Virus record (IMG/VR): IMGVR_UViG_3300045988_053137
Location: 1-57,070 of that record
Strand: one strand, 5' to 3'
DNA: 57,070 nt
DNA from: a virus
In this document: one piece after another, positions 1 through 6,170 of the stretch
Layout: each line of letters begins with the position of its first letter
Position numbering within the stretch: position 1 is the stretch's first letter
The notes under the pieces: generated by a model
Databases searched by the model: none
The model's input: only the letters and a program-made list of their open reading frames with translations
What the model was told of the DNA's origin: nothing
Program-made: the position numbers and the translations under genes

Positions 1-141
1 ATTTACAGAAACACCGGTATGCGGTAGCAAATGTATAGTACACAGACAGGGAAGCGGAATTATCAAGCTAAGAGGTATCACAAATCAGTGCAAGGCTAGA
101 TTTTTGGTATCGTATTCCGGCAACATTCAGATTCCGACAGG
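1..141. repeat. Terminal direct repeat, identical to 56930..57070 (circular-assembly overlap or terminal redundancy)
   Basis: nt 1-141 (atttacagaaacaccggtatgcgg...ttccgacagg) recur base-for-base at the window end; unit length 56,929 bp. Confidence 0.95.
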
Positions 142-367
142 TGGTACAGTTGGAGCTATTTCACTTGCCATTGCAGTAGACGGAGAGCCTTTACAGTCAA
201 CACGAATGGTTGTAACACCAGCCGCAGTTGAGAATTTCTTTAATGTATCAGCACAGGCATATGTTGATGTACCTTGTGGCTGTTGCAGTACTGTAGCGGT
301 GCAGAATACATCTACACAGGCTATTGAAGTACAGAACAGTAATTTGATTGCAGTAAGGGAGGCTTGA
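2..367 (+). CDS. 3' part of a 139-aa BclA-C-terminal/C1q-TNF-like jelly-roll protein (gene starts at 56877 and wraps)
   Basis: Frame is open from the window edge and continuous with ATG 56877 through the terminal repeat. Beta-rich sequence (GAISLAIAVDGEPL...NSNLIAVREA) resembles BclA C-terminal domains. Confidence 0.6.
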   Translation, partial: FTETPVCGSKCIVHRQGSGIIKLRGITNQCKARFLVSYSGNIQIPTGGTVGAISLAIAVDGEPLQSTRMVVTPAAVENFFNVSAQAYVDVPCGCCSTVAVQNTSTQAIEVQNSNLIAVREA

Positions 368-371
368 TATT

Positions 372-986
372 ATGCACAAATGGGCTAAACAGATTATGGA
401 ATGTGTCAAGGCAAAAGTTGAAGCAATCGGATTAGATAGCTTTGAGGGGCAGAACCTTGACGATTTAAAGGACTTTACAGAAATAGCGAAGAACATAGCT
501 TGCTTTGACAAGGATTACAGAATTGTTGAAGCTATGGAAAAGTCAGAAGATAACGAAGATATTATGCGTATGCTTGAACAGTACGAAGATTATCCGGACA
601 GAAGATTTTACGACCACTACCGCTATGCAGATGGAAGATTTGCACCGAAAGGACACGGAACATACCGCAGAGGATATGAAGAACCGCCTTATATGCACAT
701 GTACCCAGAAGCAGAGCATATGAGGGATATGGATAGAGATTATGGCAAGATGTACTATACAGAGCCAATGTCCGAAAGCAATTACGACAGAGCAAAGAGA
801 AACTACACAGAAACTAAAGAAATGCACAAGAACAACACACCAGAAGATAAGGAACACAAGATGAAAGCGCTTGACGGATATATTAAGGAGCTTGGCGGCG
901 ATATTACACAGCTTATTGGCGATATGACAGCAGAGGAACGCAATCTTATGCGTACCAAACTTAGTACACTTGTTTCTAAGCTGTAA
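372..986 (+). CDS. Hypothetical protein with a His/Tyr/Met/Asp/Arg-rich centre
   Basis: GGGAGG SD upstream; YRRGYEEPPYMHMYPEAEHMRDMDRDYGKMYY low-complexity segment; no family recognised. Confidence 0.7.
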   Translation: MHKWAKQIMECVKAKVEAIGLDSFEGQNLDDLKDFTEIAKNIACFDKDYRIVEAMEKSEDNEDIMRMLEQYEDYPDRRFYDHYRYADGRFAPKGHGTYRRGYEEPPYMHMYPEAEHMRDMDRDYGKMYYTEPMSESNYDRAKRNYTETKEMHKNNTPEDKEHKMKALDGYIKELGGDITQLIGDMTAEERNLMRTKLSTLVSKL

Positions 987-1045
987 ATTTAAGGGCTATG
1001 AGTAGCAATATTCATAGCCTATTTTATTCAGAAAGGAGCATACAG

Positions 1046-1366
1046 ATGGTTTTTAGTATTAATGGCACAATGTGGCAAGTACAATATAAAAATTCAAATT
1101 CGGGCGAATTAAAGCGGTCAGACAATGTTTCTGTGCTAGGTGTAACAGATAGAAATACACACACAATTTATCTGTCAAATGCCTTGCGTGGATTTATGCA
1201 ACGCAAAGTGCTGATACACGAAGTATGCCACGCAATCTGTATGTCCTACGATGTATATTTGCCTATCGAACAGGAAGAGATATTGTGTGATTTTGTAGCA
1301 ACTTACGGAGATGAAGTGTTTGATATTGTTGATATGGTTTTAGGAGCAGTTAGGAGAGTGGGATGA
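1046..1366 (+). CDS. Small HExxH zinc-metallopeptidase-like protein (106 aa)
   Basis: AAAGGAG SD 7 nt before ATG 1046; LIHEVCHAI motif; start moved from track ORF 998. Confidence 0.6.
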   Translation: MVFSINGTMWQVQYKNSNSGELKRSDNVSVLGVTDRNTHTIYLSNALRGFMQRKVLIHEVCHAICMSYDVYLPIEQEEILCDFVATYGDEVFDIVDMVLGAVRRVG

Positions 1367-1512
1367 TGAGCATTGATGAGTTGCTAAAGATAATTCAAAA
1401 AACTAATCCGACTATGACTAAGGAATTGTTGATATATGAGCTAAGACAATGCCGGTATTCAAGTAAAGCATTGATTTATACAGAAAAATGCTGTATTGAC
1501 AGTAGTGCTTAA
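1363..1512 (+). CDS. Hypothetical 49-aa protein
   Basis: ATGA start/stop overlap with the upstream gene; below the track cutoff; no motif. Confidence 0.35.
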   Translation: MMSIDELLKIIQKTNPTMTKELLIYELRQCRYSSKALIYTEKCCIDSSA

Positions 1513-1587
1513 AAATGCTATTATTTAATAGATGTAAACAATAGATAACTATTATATCATTTTACCTTAATAGAACCATAGTGGAAA

Positions 1588-1631
1588 GTTGCATTGATAC
1601 ATTTTTGTATAGGTGCAACTTATTTTATTTT
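1588..1631 (+). terminator. Hairpin plus T-tract immediately upstream of the Cas5-like gene SD
   Basis: GTTGCA..(ATAC/GTAT inner stem)..TGCAAC followed by TTATTTTATTTT. Confidence 0.45.
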
Positions 1632-1643
1632 GGAGGTTTTGTT

Positions 1644-2342
1644 ATGAGAGTTATTAGGTTAAAAATGTATCAAGAAATGGCTAGATTTAACAATCCATCA
1701 GCGCCAAGAGGCGTAGATTGTTACCCTTTGCCACCATTTAGCACAGTTAACGGATTTATTCATTCAATGTGTCAATGGAAAAAGTATCATAAATTAGATT
1801 ATTTTGTTACTGGCAAAGGTGTTTACAATACCAAAACACAGAAAGAATGGCACGGCGGCAAGCGTTTTAACAAAGTTAGTGATGAAATGCTTAAGCGTTG
1901 GGATATTATAACAGATTATACAGACGGAAGCCACACCGGCTGGGTTAGTACAGTTAAATATCATTTAATGCTAGTTGATTTATACACAACTATATACATC
2001 AAAGCTAATGATAGTGACATAGATGATATATACAATGCGTTACTAAACCCACCGGTATATCCATCATTAGGTGAGTATGGTGATTTATGCAAGATTGAAG
2101 CAGTAGATATTGTGGAACTTAAGGAGCTTGACAAACCTATATCAGCTCTATTAGATATGCAATCTTATATTCCTGTTAATAAAGGCAATTTCGCAGGAAC
2201 TATATATAGAATTAACAACAAATATGAAATCATCAAAGGTCTTAGACGATTCCAGAAAGTTCCTTGTTACTTAGTGGATAAAGGACAGGAAGTTGTTAGT
2301 AATCTTTTTGATGATGATAAACCGATTATTTTTATAGATTAA
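1644..2342 (+). CDS. Orphan Cas5-like RAMP protein (232 aa)
   Basis: GGAGG SD. N-terminus MRVIRLKMYQEMARFNNPSAPRGVDCYPLPPFSTVNGFI fits the Cas5 beta1-alpha1 signature. ALLNPPVYPSLGEYGDLCKIEAV fits the Cas5 LG..E motif. No other cas genes in the window. Confidence 0.55.
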   Translation: MRVIRLKMYQEMARFNNPSAPRGVDCYPLPPFSTVNGFIHSMCQWKKYHKLDYFVTGKGVYNTKTQKEWHGGKRFNKVSDEMLKRWDIITDYTDGSHTGWVSTVKYHLMLVDLYTTIYIKANDSDIDDIYNALLNPPVYPSLGEYGDLCKIEAVDIVELKELDKPISALLDMQSYIPVNKGNFAGTIYRINNKYEIIKGLRRFQKVPCYLVDKGQEVVSNLFDDDKPIIFID

Positions 2343-2348
2343 TTTAAA

Positions 2349-2400
2349 CCCCACGGAATATAATGCAACTTTTTTGCTACCTCCGTGGGGTTCTCTTTTA
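2349..2400 (+). terminator. Hairpin terminator after the Cas5-like gene
   Basis: CCCCACGGA ... TCCGTGGGG 9-bp stem with a large loop, then a T-rich tail. Confidence 0.5.
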
Positions 2401-2940
2401 TATTCGCAATTTCGATTTTGACAATTTTCGAAATTTGGTTCAGATTTTGTTTAAATCTTACTCTAAAAATTGGAAAAATTTTCTCATAAAATATAATGTG
2501 AAATTTTTGAAACCCCCGTCATATGCAATTTTGAAATCCAAAAATCGGTTACACAGAATTTTAATTTTTGCTCCCGATTTCGTTCGGATTTGCCCTGAAA
2601 AATTGATGAAAAACTTTAACGTGGTAAAGCGCCATATATAAACTTTGCCGGCTGCTGTTCGTGCTTGTTTTGGCGTTGTGACTTTGTGATTTGCCTTGTA
2701 CGGTGGTTTTATTATGTCAATGTAGACTTATAAGCCTACGAAACAAAACAGCCTTAAAACGCTTTTAAATGCATTGTGTAAAATGGGTATAATATGCCCT
2801 TGCAAGTCGCGGAAGCTGTCGCTAGTTCTGGAGAATTCACCAGAACGCACACTGCCCGACTGGGTACACTTGTACACCTGAAAAGGCATAAAAAGCCTTA
2901 TATATAAGCATAGCATTATTATATTATTTTTTCAAGGTAC

Positions 2941-2970
2941 GCAAATAAAAGCATATAAAAATATATATGC
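2941..2970 (-). terminator. AT hairpin plus T-run ending the minus-strand transcription unit
   Basis: Minus strand reads GCATATATATTTTTATATGC followed by TTTTATTTGC. Confidence 0.5.
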
Positions 2971-2974
2971 TTAA

Positions 2975-3015
2975 TGCTTGCGGCTGGAATCGAACCAACC
3001 AAACCACAGCAAGCC
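2975..3015 (-). ncRNA. tRNA-like acceptor/T-arm minihelix B (no D stem or anticodon arm)
   Basis: Minus strand: GGCTTGC-TGTGGTTTG-GTTGG-TTCGATT-CCAGC-C-GCAAGC-A; canonical GGTTCGATTCC T-loop. Confidence 0.45.
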
Positions 3016-3039
3016 AAAAAGGGCGCAGATTGTACGCCC
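3016..3039 (-). terminator. Rho-independent terminator after the 58-codon ORF
   Basis: Minus strand GGGCGTACAATCTGCGCCC followed by TTTTT, directly after the stop codon. Confidence 0.6.
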
Positions 3040-3045
3040 TTAAAA

Positions 3046-3222
3046 TTACCAAAATTCTATATATCCGCCGTTTCTGCGGTAATGGAACCACACGCCCGAA
3101 GCGTAACGGATGCATAATATATTATTGCTTTCTTTCCAGCTTTCCACAGGCTCACCGAACCGCCAAACCTCAAAGACGGATTTATGGAAGCTGTAGCACT
3201 CTTTAATGCTTAAATCTGCCAT
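3046..3222 (-). CDS. Hypothetical 58-aa Trp-rich protein (MADLSIKECYSFHKSVFEVWRFGEP...GGYIEFW)
   Basis: GGAGGTG SD 7 nt before the ATG; translated by hand; below the 60-aa track cutoff; own terminator. Confidence 0.5.
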   Translation of the reverse strand: MADLSIKECYSFHKSVFEVWRFGEPVESWKESNNILCIRYASGVWFHYRRNGGYIEFW

Positions 3223-3264
3223 TCTTGCACCTCCGTATTATAATATTATCCCTTGCAGGACAAA

Positions 3265-3305
3265 AGCAAGCCGGGGAATCGAACCCCGGAGGTGCCAGCC
3301 TTGCT
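3265..3305 (-). ncRNA. tRNA-like acceptor/T-arm minihelix A
   Basis: Minus strand: AGCAAG-GCTGGCACCT-CCGGGG-TTCGATT-CCCCGG-CTTGCT then TTTG. It could also act as the terminator of the upstream ORF. Confidence 0.45.
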
Positions 3306-3307
3306 AA

Positions 3308-3562
3308 TTATGCAATTTTTTCAACTTTTCGCCTTTTCTTTTCGTTCTCTGCTCTGCTTATGCTAGAGTCATCAAAAACAATATTATAATTGCTATCTTT
3401 TAAGACTTTAGCCATTTTAAAAGCGTTAATTTTTGGAAAGCTGCAAACGTACTCAATAACATTCATTCTAATATATCCGTTTTCTTTTCCCAGCTTTTCA
3501 AGGTCCTTTTTATAAAAATTGAACATCCTTATTTCTTTCTGTTCTACTGTTTCGTTCATCAT
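3308..3562 (-). CDS. Hypothetical protein (84 aa)
   Basis: AAGGAGGG SD 8 nt upstream; second gene of the minus-strand operon. Confidence 0.65.
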   Translation of the reverse strand: MMNETVEQKEIRMFNFYKKDLEKLGKENGYIRMNVIEYVCSFPKINAFKMAKVLKDSNYNIVFDDSSISRAENEKKRRKVEKIA

Positions 3563-3576
3563 AGTCTTAACCCTCC

Positions 3577-3957
3577 TTATTCTGTAATTCTTTCAAATAT
3601 ATCTATTGTTTTGCGTGCGCTTGATCTCCTCTTTTCAGCCATATAACTATGGCGCTTGCTCTTTAGGGCTTTTTCAGCTTCCTTAAGGTTTACAACTCCC
3701 CAACCTGCGGCCTCTCTTAATAGCTTAACTTCTTTTTTTGGTAGCTTAATGGCTCTTAAAGTGCCGGGATTGATAGAGTAATTATCTTTAATTCCCAGAT
3801 ATAAATCCTGGCAAAGTGGAATATATTCATCGCTCCCCATATTCTCGCCGATATTCCATACATAGAAACCGAATGGAATCTTTTCGACTATCTTATAAAT
3901 ATCTGTTTTCCCTAATGTTTCACTTGTAATTGTGTCATCCTTAACTTCAAATCTCAT
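3577..3957 (-). CDS. Hypothetical protein (126 aa)
   Basis: First gene of the minus-strand operon downstream of a TTGACT/TATTAT promoter; no family recognised. Confidence 0.7.
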   Translation of the reverse strand: MRFEVKDDTITSETLGKTDIYKIVEKIPFGFYVWNIGENMGSDEYIPLCQDLYLGIKDNYSINPGTLRAIKLPKKEVKLLREAAGWGVVNLKEAEKALKSKRHSYMAEKRRSSARKTIDIFERITE

Positions 3958-4016
3958 AACCTTGTACCTTTTCGCCGATTGTGATATAATCGGCTTACCT
4001 TTCTTTTTTGATTGGT

Positions 4017-4056
4017 GGCGGTTGTAAACTTTGGTAGAGTGGCAACCGCCTTTTTG
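4017..4056 (+). terminator. GC hairpin plus TTTTT on the plus strand (also lies in the 5' UTR of the minus operon)
   Basis: GGCGGTTG ... CAACCGCC followed by TTTTTG; no plus-strand CDS ends here. Confidence 0.4.
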
Positions 4057-4077
4057 TATGTCCTCTTGACAGTTATT

Positions 4078-4106
4078 ATAATAAACCTAAAACGGTTTAA
4101 AGTCAA
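4078..4106 (-). promoter_or_regulatory. Sigma-A-type promoter for the minus operon
   Basis: Minus strand TTGACT, 17 nt, TATTAT. Confidence 0.55.
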
Positions 4107-4141
4107 TAGCTAAAATAAACTTTTTTTAGATTATTTTTTAA

Positions 4142-4170
4142 TTGACTTTATAAGCCACAAATTATATAAT
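4142..4170 (+). promoter_or_regulatory. Sigma-A-type promoter for the HTH gene
   Basis: TTGACT, 17 nt, TATAAT. Confidence 0.6.
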
Positions 4171-4201
4171 GTAAGAAAAAAATATAGGAGGGTACAAAGC
4201 T

Positions 4202-4408
4202 ATGCTTGTATATAAAATAGATGTGCTTGATACGCTTAAAGAAAGTGGCTATAATTCCACACGCATATTAAAAGAGAACTTAATCAGTCAATCAGCAGTA
4301 CAGAAAATACGCAAAAATGAAATGGTAGGGATTAAGACGATTGAAAAGCTATGTGAGTTGCTGGATATGCAGCCAGGAAACATCATTAAATATGTAGAGA
4401 AAAAATAA
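4202..4408 (+). CDS. XRE/Cro-like helix-turn-helix regulator (68 aa)
   Basis: SQSAVQKIRKNE..IKTIEKLCELLDMQPGNII is a typical short HTH with an LCELLDCQPGDI-type tail. Confidence 0.8.
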   Translation: MLVYKIDVLDTLKESGYNSTRILKENLISQSAVQKIRKNEMVGIKTIEKLCELLDMQPGNIIKYVEKK

Positions 4409-4431
4409 ACCAAAAAAGATTTTAAAAAGTA

Positions 4432-4460
4432 TTGACAATAAATGATAAATGGTTTATTAT
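4432..4460 (+). promoter_or_regulatory. Promoter upstream of 4517
   Basis: TTGACA, 17 nt, TATTAT (overlapping TATAAT). Confidence 0.5.
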
Positions 4461-4516
4461 AATGGCAGAAACAAAGAAAGGGCAGCGGCAGCCGCAAAGG
4501 CTGGAAGGTGGAAAGG

Positions 4517-4795
4517 ATGAAAACAATAATCATTGACAAGCTCAAGAAAATGAGCTACGAAGATGGAAAAGCATTTTTGTTAAGTGCTGGGTATGTAGCA
4601 CAGGGGAGCGATGAAAGCCCTTGCTATAGCACAGAAGCCGAAAAGATAATAGATGAACATTTTTATCTTTTTGATGAAGATGATGAACAGGTCGATTTAA
4701 TTAATTACACAATTTTGTGTAATTTAAGTGGAGAGCCTAACGACGAACAAGGAATGGAAATTGTAAGAGCATATTGGGAAAGGATAGAAGATTAA
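4517..4795 (+). CDS. Hypothetical acidic protein (92 aa)
   Basis: AAGGTGG SD 5 nt before ATG 4517 (track ORF begins at GTG 4508); Asp/Glu-rich. Confidence 0.65.
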   Translation: MKTIIIDKLKKMSYEDGKAFLLSAGYVAQGSDESPCYSTEAEKIIDEHFYLFDEDDEQVDLINYTILCNLSGEPNDEQGMEIVRAYWERIED

Positions 4796-4808
4796 GGGAG
4801 GTAAAAAT

Positions 4809-5144
4809 ATGAAATATTTAACAGTTAGAAGAAACAAGAATGGAGAACCTAATAAAACGGATATGAAGAGCCTTGCAAAGTTCTTCACAAATGAAAACGC
4901 GAGAAAATATGTAGATTATGATAGCCATTTATTTGCTATTGAAGAAACAAGAAACGCTGGTAAAGAATTTGTCGGATATACATTTAAAATAGCTACAAAG
5001 GCGGAGAAGTCCGGCGGATGTGATTATTATTTCGGTGAAGTTCTTGATACTGGGGATAAAGTTGTTATATCCACAGAAAACGAGTATAAGAGTTTAGACT
5101 GGGCATATAACAAAGCTTTGGAGATAATCAAAAAAGAGTTCTAA
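4809..5144 (+). CDS. Hypothetical protein (111 aa)
   Basis: GGGAGG SD; followed by a terminator. Confidence 0.7.
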   Translation: MKYLTVRRNKNGEPNKTDMKSLAKFFTNENARKYVDYDSHLFAIEETRNAGKEFVGYTFKIATKAEKSGGCDYYFGEVLDTGDKVVISTENEYKSLDWAYNKALEIIKKEF

Positions 5145-5162
5145 AATCGGATAGATAAAATA

Positions 5163-5191
5163 AAAAAGGGGAGCTTAACGTTCCCTTTTTT
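5163..5191 (+). terminator. Rho-independent terminator
   Basis: AAAAAAGGGGAGC..GTTCCCTTTTTT. Confidence 0.7.
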
Positions 5192-5229
5192 CTACGCCGT
5201 GCGTTACTATTTAAGAAATGTAAAAACGT

Positions 5230-5288
5230 ATATTTCAATACATCCAATGTTGTTGTTTAAAAATACAAAATAGCATATTTCAATACAT
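5230..5288. repeat. Two perfect 14-nt direct repeats ATATTTCAATACAT, 45 bp apart
   Basis: Copies at 5230..5243 and 5275..5288, in the spacer upstream of terS. Confidence 0.8.
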
Positions 5289-5354
5289 TTTTGTTACTGT
5301 TTATGTTTTATATAATAAACAGCTTTTTATATTATGTCAAGCTCAAAAATAAAA

Positions 5355-5383
5355 TTGACTTTATAATATATTTATGCTATATT
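5355..5383 (+). promoter_or_regulatory. Promoter upstream of terS
   Basis: TTGACT, 17 nt, TATATT. Confidence 0.55.
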
Positions 5384-5412
5384 ATTTTAATAATTAAATA
5401 TATAAGATTTAC

Positions 5413-5448
5413 ACCCGATAATGTTAATATTGTTATCGGGTTATTTTT
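5413..5448 (+). terminator. Terminator/attenuator-like hairpin between the promoter and terS
   Basis: ACCCGATAA ... TTATCGGGT 9-bp stem followed by TATTTTTAT. Confidence 0.5.
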
Positions 5449-5507
5449 ATGTTATTAATATATATAATATCAGTTAGCTGGATAAGCTCCAGCAGAAAGG
5501 GGAATAT

Positions 5508-6170
5508 ATGGAGAAAGTACAGGAAACACCAGACACGCCCGAAGTATTTCAAAATGACATAGAACTTTATTTGTCACAATTTTGTGAAGAGCACAACATC
5601 GAAGATATGGCCAAAGAACCGCAAAGCAGATGGAACGCCGCTCTAATGTATATAAATAAATATGTTTTTAGTGATAAAAGTATATTAAAGTTAAATAAGA
5701 ATATTAATAAAAATAATACTAACTGTATAATGGATAGTAATTTTTATATGTATGATTTAGATAAATTAGAGTATATATTATATATATATTATTATATGTG
5801 TTCTATGTATGATAAAGAATGTAGTATATTAGGCTTTAGTTTATTAACTGGAATACATAAAGATACTTTTATGGATTGGGGAGCGAATGAAAGAAAGCTA
5901 AGTACAAAGGGCTTCGAATTGGTTCAAAAACTGCGAGATTTTAGAGAAGAAAGCTTGTCAAATAAGCTCGCAACTGGCAATAAAAACCCAGTTGGAATTC
6001 TTGCAATACTCAACAGACATTTCGCTTGGAACTTGCCCGGTGTTAGTAGAGAAAACACTAATAAAACAGCTCTTACAGCCGCAGAAATACGCCAGCAATT
6101 GAGCCAAAATAATAAACAATTAGCAGATAAACAGCAGATAAACGCTGTAAACAATTCTGACACAATTTAA
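5508..6170 (+). CDS. terS: Terminase small subunit
   Basis: MCSMYDKECSILGFSLLTGIHKDTFMDWG ... NKNPVGILAILNRHFAWN matches the HTH plus G.IF.LKN.FGW pattern of Firmicute TerS proteins. Confidence 0.6.
   Translation: MEKVQETPDTPEVFQNDIELYLSQFCEEHNIEDMAKEPQSRWNAALMYINKYVFSDKSILKLNKNINKNNTNCIMDSNFYMYDLDKLEYILYIYYYMCSMYDKECSILGFSLLTGIHKDTFMDWGANERKLSTKGFELVQKLRDFREESLSNKLATGNKNPVGILAILNRHFAWNLPGVSRENTNKTALTAAEIRQQLSQNNKQLADKQQINAVNNSDTI

Noticed and set aside
2391-2640. Possible CRISPR mini-array
   Set aside because: The CAATTTT(C)GAAAT copies are short, degenerate and irregularly spaced (15 to about 100 nt). There is no repeat-spacer periodicity. They are kept only as possible solitary repeat-like units in finding 1.
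2363-2641. 92-aa plus-strand ORF downstream of the Cas5-like gene
   Set aside because: It starts inside the terminator hairpin and has no SD. The peptide is Phe/Asn/Lys-rich low-complexity sequence, as expected from AT-rich repeats. It was treated as non-coding.
3016-3045. Hairpin GGGCG-TACAATCT-GCGCCC considered as the anticodon arm of a full tRNA including minihelix B
   Set aside because: The loop lacks U33, and no D arm or matching 5' acceptor strand lies upstream. The stem is followed by TTTTT directly after a stop codon, so a terminator explains it better.
2728-3206. Track ORFs 2728..2916(-), 2924..3115(-) and 2967..3206(+) in the non-coding tract
   Set aside because: None has an SD. 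They run across hairpins, terminators and the tRNA-like elements. The only RBS-led ORF here is the 58-codon one at 3046..3222(-).
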